Source of the DNA: Squalus acanthias
Taxonomy: Eukaryota
DNA length: 64,000 nt
Reading direction: 5' to 3'
Assembly (NCBI GenBank): GCA_030390025.1
Contig: CM059432.1
Location: 97,404,001-97,468,000, forward strand
Each line of letters opens with the position of its first letter. Positions within the stretch are counted from its first letter, which is position 1. A program made the position numbers and the translations under genes. The notes under the pieces were generated by a model. It searched no databases, was not told where the DNA came from, and was given only the letters and a program-made list of their open reading frames with translations. Positions 62,888 through 64,000 of the stretch are shown here, piece after piece.

Positions 62888-64000
62888 GGGGGAAAAATTC
62901 AGTTGGTTGCGCCTCCCGTTAGCGCCTTAAGAGGGCGCTAATGGGGCGCAAAGCCGCAAGCGCCCGGGTGCAGCGATGTTTGCGCCGCTCGGGAACTTAA
63001 CTAGACATTGTGCGGCGGCGCTAAACTTTACCGCTGCGACCACCTGCGCGCGCAAATTGTGACGTCATTCCATGGTGCAACGCCCTTGTGGCGCCCCGGA
63101 GCGGAAATTGAGTGGCGCCCCCTGCCTTACCGCCTGGCGCATCCAACGACCGGAAGACTGGAACGCTATCAATCGCTGTGGGGCTGGGGGGGGGGGGCGC
63201 TATTTAAAGGGGGCCTCTTCCTGTCTTTTTCTGTGGTTGACATTTTTGCACCACTCGTTCTGAGAGAGAGAGAGAGATTCGGACAGAGAGAAAGAGAGAC
63301 TTCTGCATTGAGTCAACGCTTTGTGAGGTAGTTTTGCCTACTGATCCTAACTTCGCTGCTACTTTGGTTGCTGTCCTTCATAACTTTGCTTGCAAAGAGA
63401 CTATGGGGGCTGCACTGATTGGGGGCGTCGTCCTGCTCCAGCTGAATCGGAGGACACAGAGACGCAGAGAGAGAGTGGCAATGATGGCCAGACGGAGGAG
63501 GGCCAACAGGCGTATGTACAGGAGAGCTTACCCTCCCAGGGTATATCGTGAACAGCTCTCCTACATTCATTTGTCTGAGGAGCTGTGTTTGCGAAGGCTG
63601 CGATTCAGCAAGGAGGTGGTCACTGAGCTCTGCCACCTGCTGCAGCCAGATCTGCAGCCTCAACTGAGGTCCAGGACGTCTCTGTCGGTGGCAGTGAAGG
63701 TCACACTGGCTCTCAACTTCTATGCTACTGGCTCATTTCAAGCTGCTGCTGGGGACCTCGCCAATATCTCCCAGTTCGCGGTGCATTGCTGCATCCGGCA
63801 GGTCACAATTGCCCTCTTTAAAAGGAGACGAGAGTTCATCTCTTTCCCCATGACCCCAGACAAGCAGCGTGACCGCGCTCTGGGCTTTGCGAGGATAGCG
63901 GGCTTCCCCATGGTGCAGGGCGCCATTGACTGCACGCATGTGGCTTTGCGTGCTCCACATGAGAATGCCAAGGATTTCCAGAACAGAAAGGGGTTCCATT
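62888..64000 (+). mobile_element. Young Harbinger transposon E2, running off the window
   Basis: gggggaaaaattcag TIR after TAA. CpG-rich left arm. Open nuclease frame. Confidence 0.92.
63403..64000 (+). CDS. HARBI1-like transposase, N-terminal 199 codons, open to the window edge (absent from the ORF track because no stop is reached)
   Basis: Hand translation MGAALIGGVV...SVAVKVTLALNFYATGSFQ...GAIDCTHVALRAPHENAKDFQNRKGFH, with no stop. Confidence 0.88.
   Translation, partial: MGAALIGGVVLLQLNRRTQRRRERVAMMARRRRANRRMYRRAYPPRVYREQLSYIHLSEELCLRRLRFSKEVVTELCHLLQPDLQPQLRSRTSLSVAVKVTLALNFYATGSFQAAAGDLANISQFAVHCCIRQVTIALFKRRREFISFPMTPDKQRDRALGFARIAGFPMVQGAIDCTHVALRAPHENAKDFQNRKGFH

Noticed and set aside
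1..64000. Prokaryotic systems (CRISPR array, retron, operons)
   Set aside because: No regularly spaced repeats or operon-like ORFs. All RTs and nucleases belong to eukaryotic TE families, and spliceosomal introns are present.

Overview
This window is eukaryotic, not prokaryotic. The mix of L2, CR1, RTE, Penelope, Gypsy and Harbinger elements and their tails looks like a vertebrate, most likely a cartilaginous fish (inference). It is transposon-dense intronic or intergenic DNA with no recognisable host protein-coding gene. It contains a 5'-truncated L2, a full-length decayed CR1, an older CR1 broken by four nested insertions, and a young 4.5-kb Gypsy LTR element. It also has two GIY-YIG Penelope elements, two Penelope-derived palindromes, several two-gene PIF/Harbinger transposons (spliced Myb/SANT gene plus HARBI1-like nuclease), about 15 Harbinger-type MITEs with 3-bp TSDs, an RTE LINE and a tRNA-SINE. 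Most notable: (1) the Gypsy element has no tRNA primer-binding site; instead a 13-nt sequence 1 nt past the 5' LTR is exactly complementary to the LTR's own poly(A)-signal region, suggesting self-priming. (2) Minimal hammerhead ribozymes occur in the Penelope termini, including one on each arm of a near-perfect 410-bp palindrome. (3) Unrelated MITE families carry clusters of consensus U1 5' splice sites and a shared TTTGACAG/CTGTCAAA hairpin. (4) A possibly intact Harbinger runs off the right edge, and its deletion derivative sits 28 kb upstream. All alignments and coordinates were done by eye.
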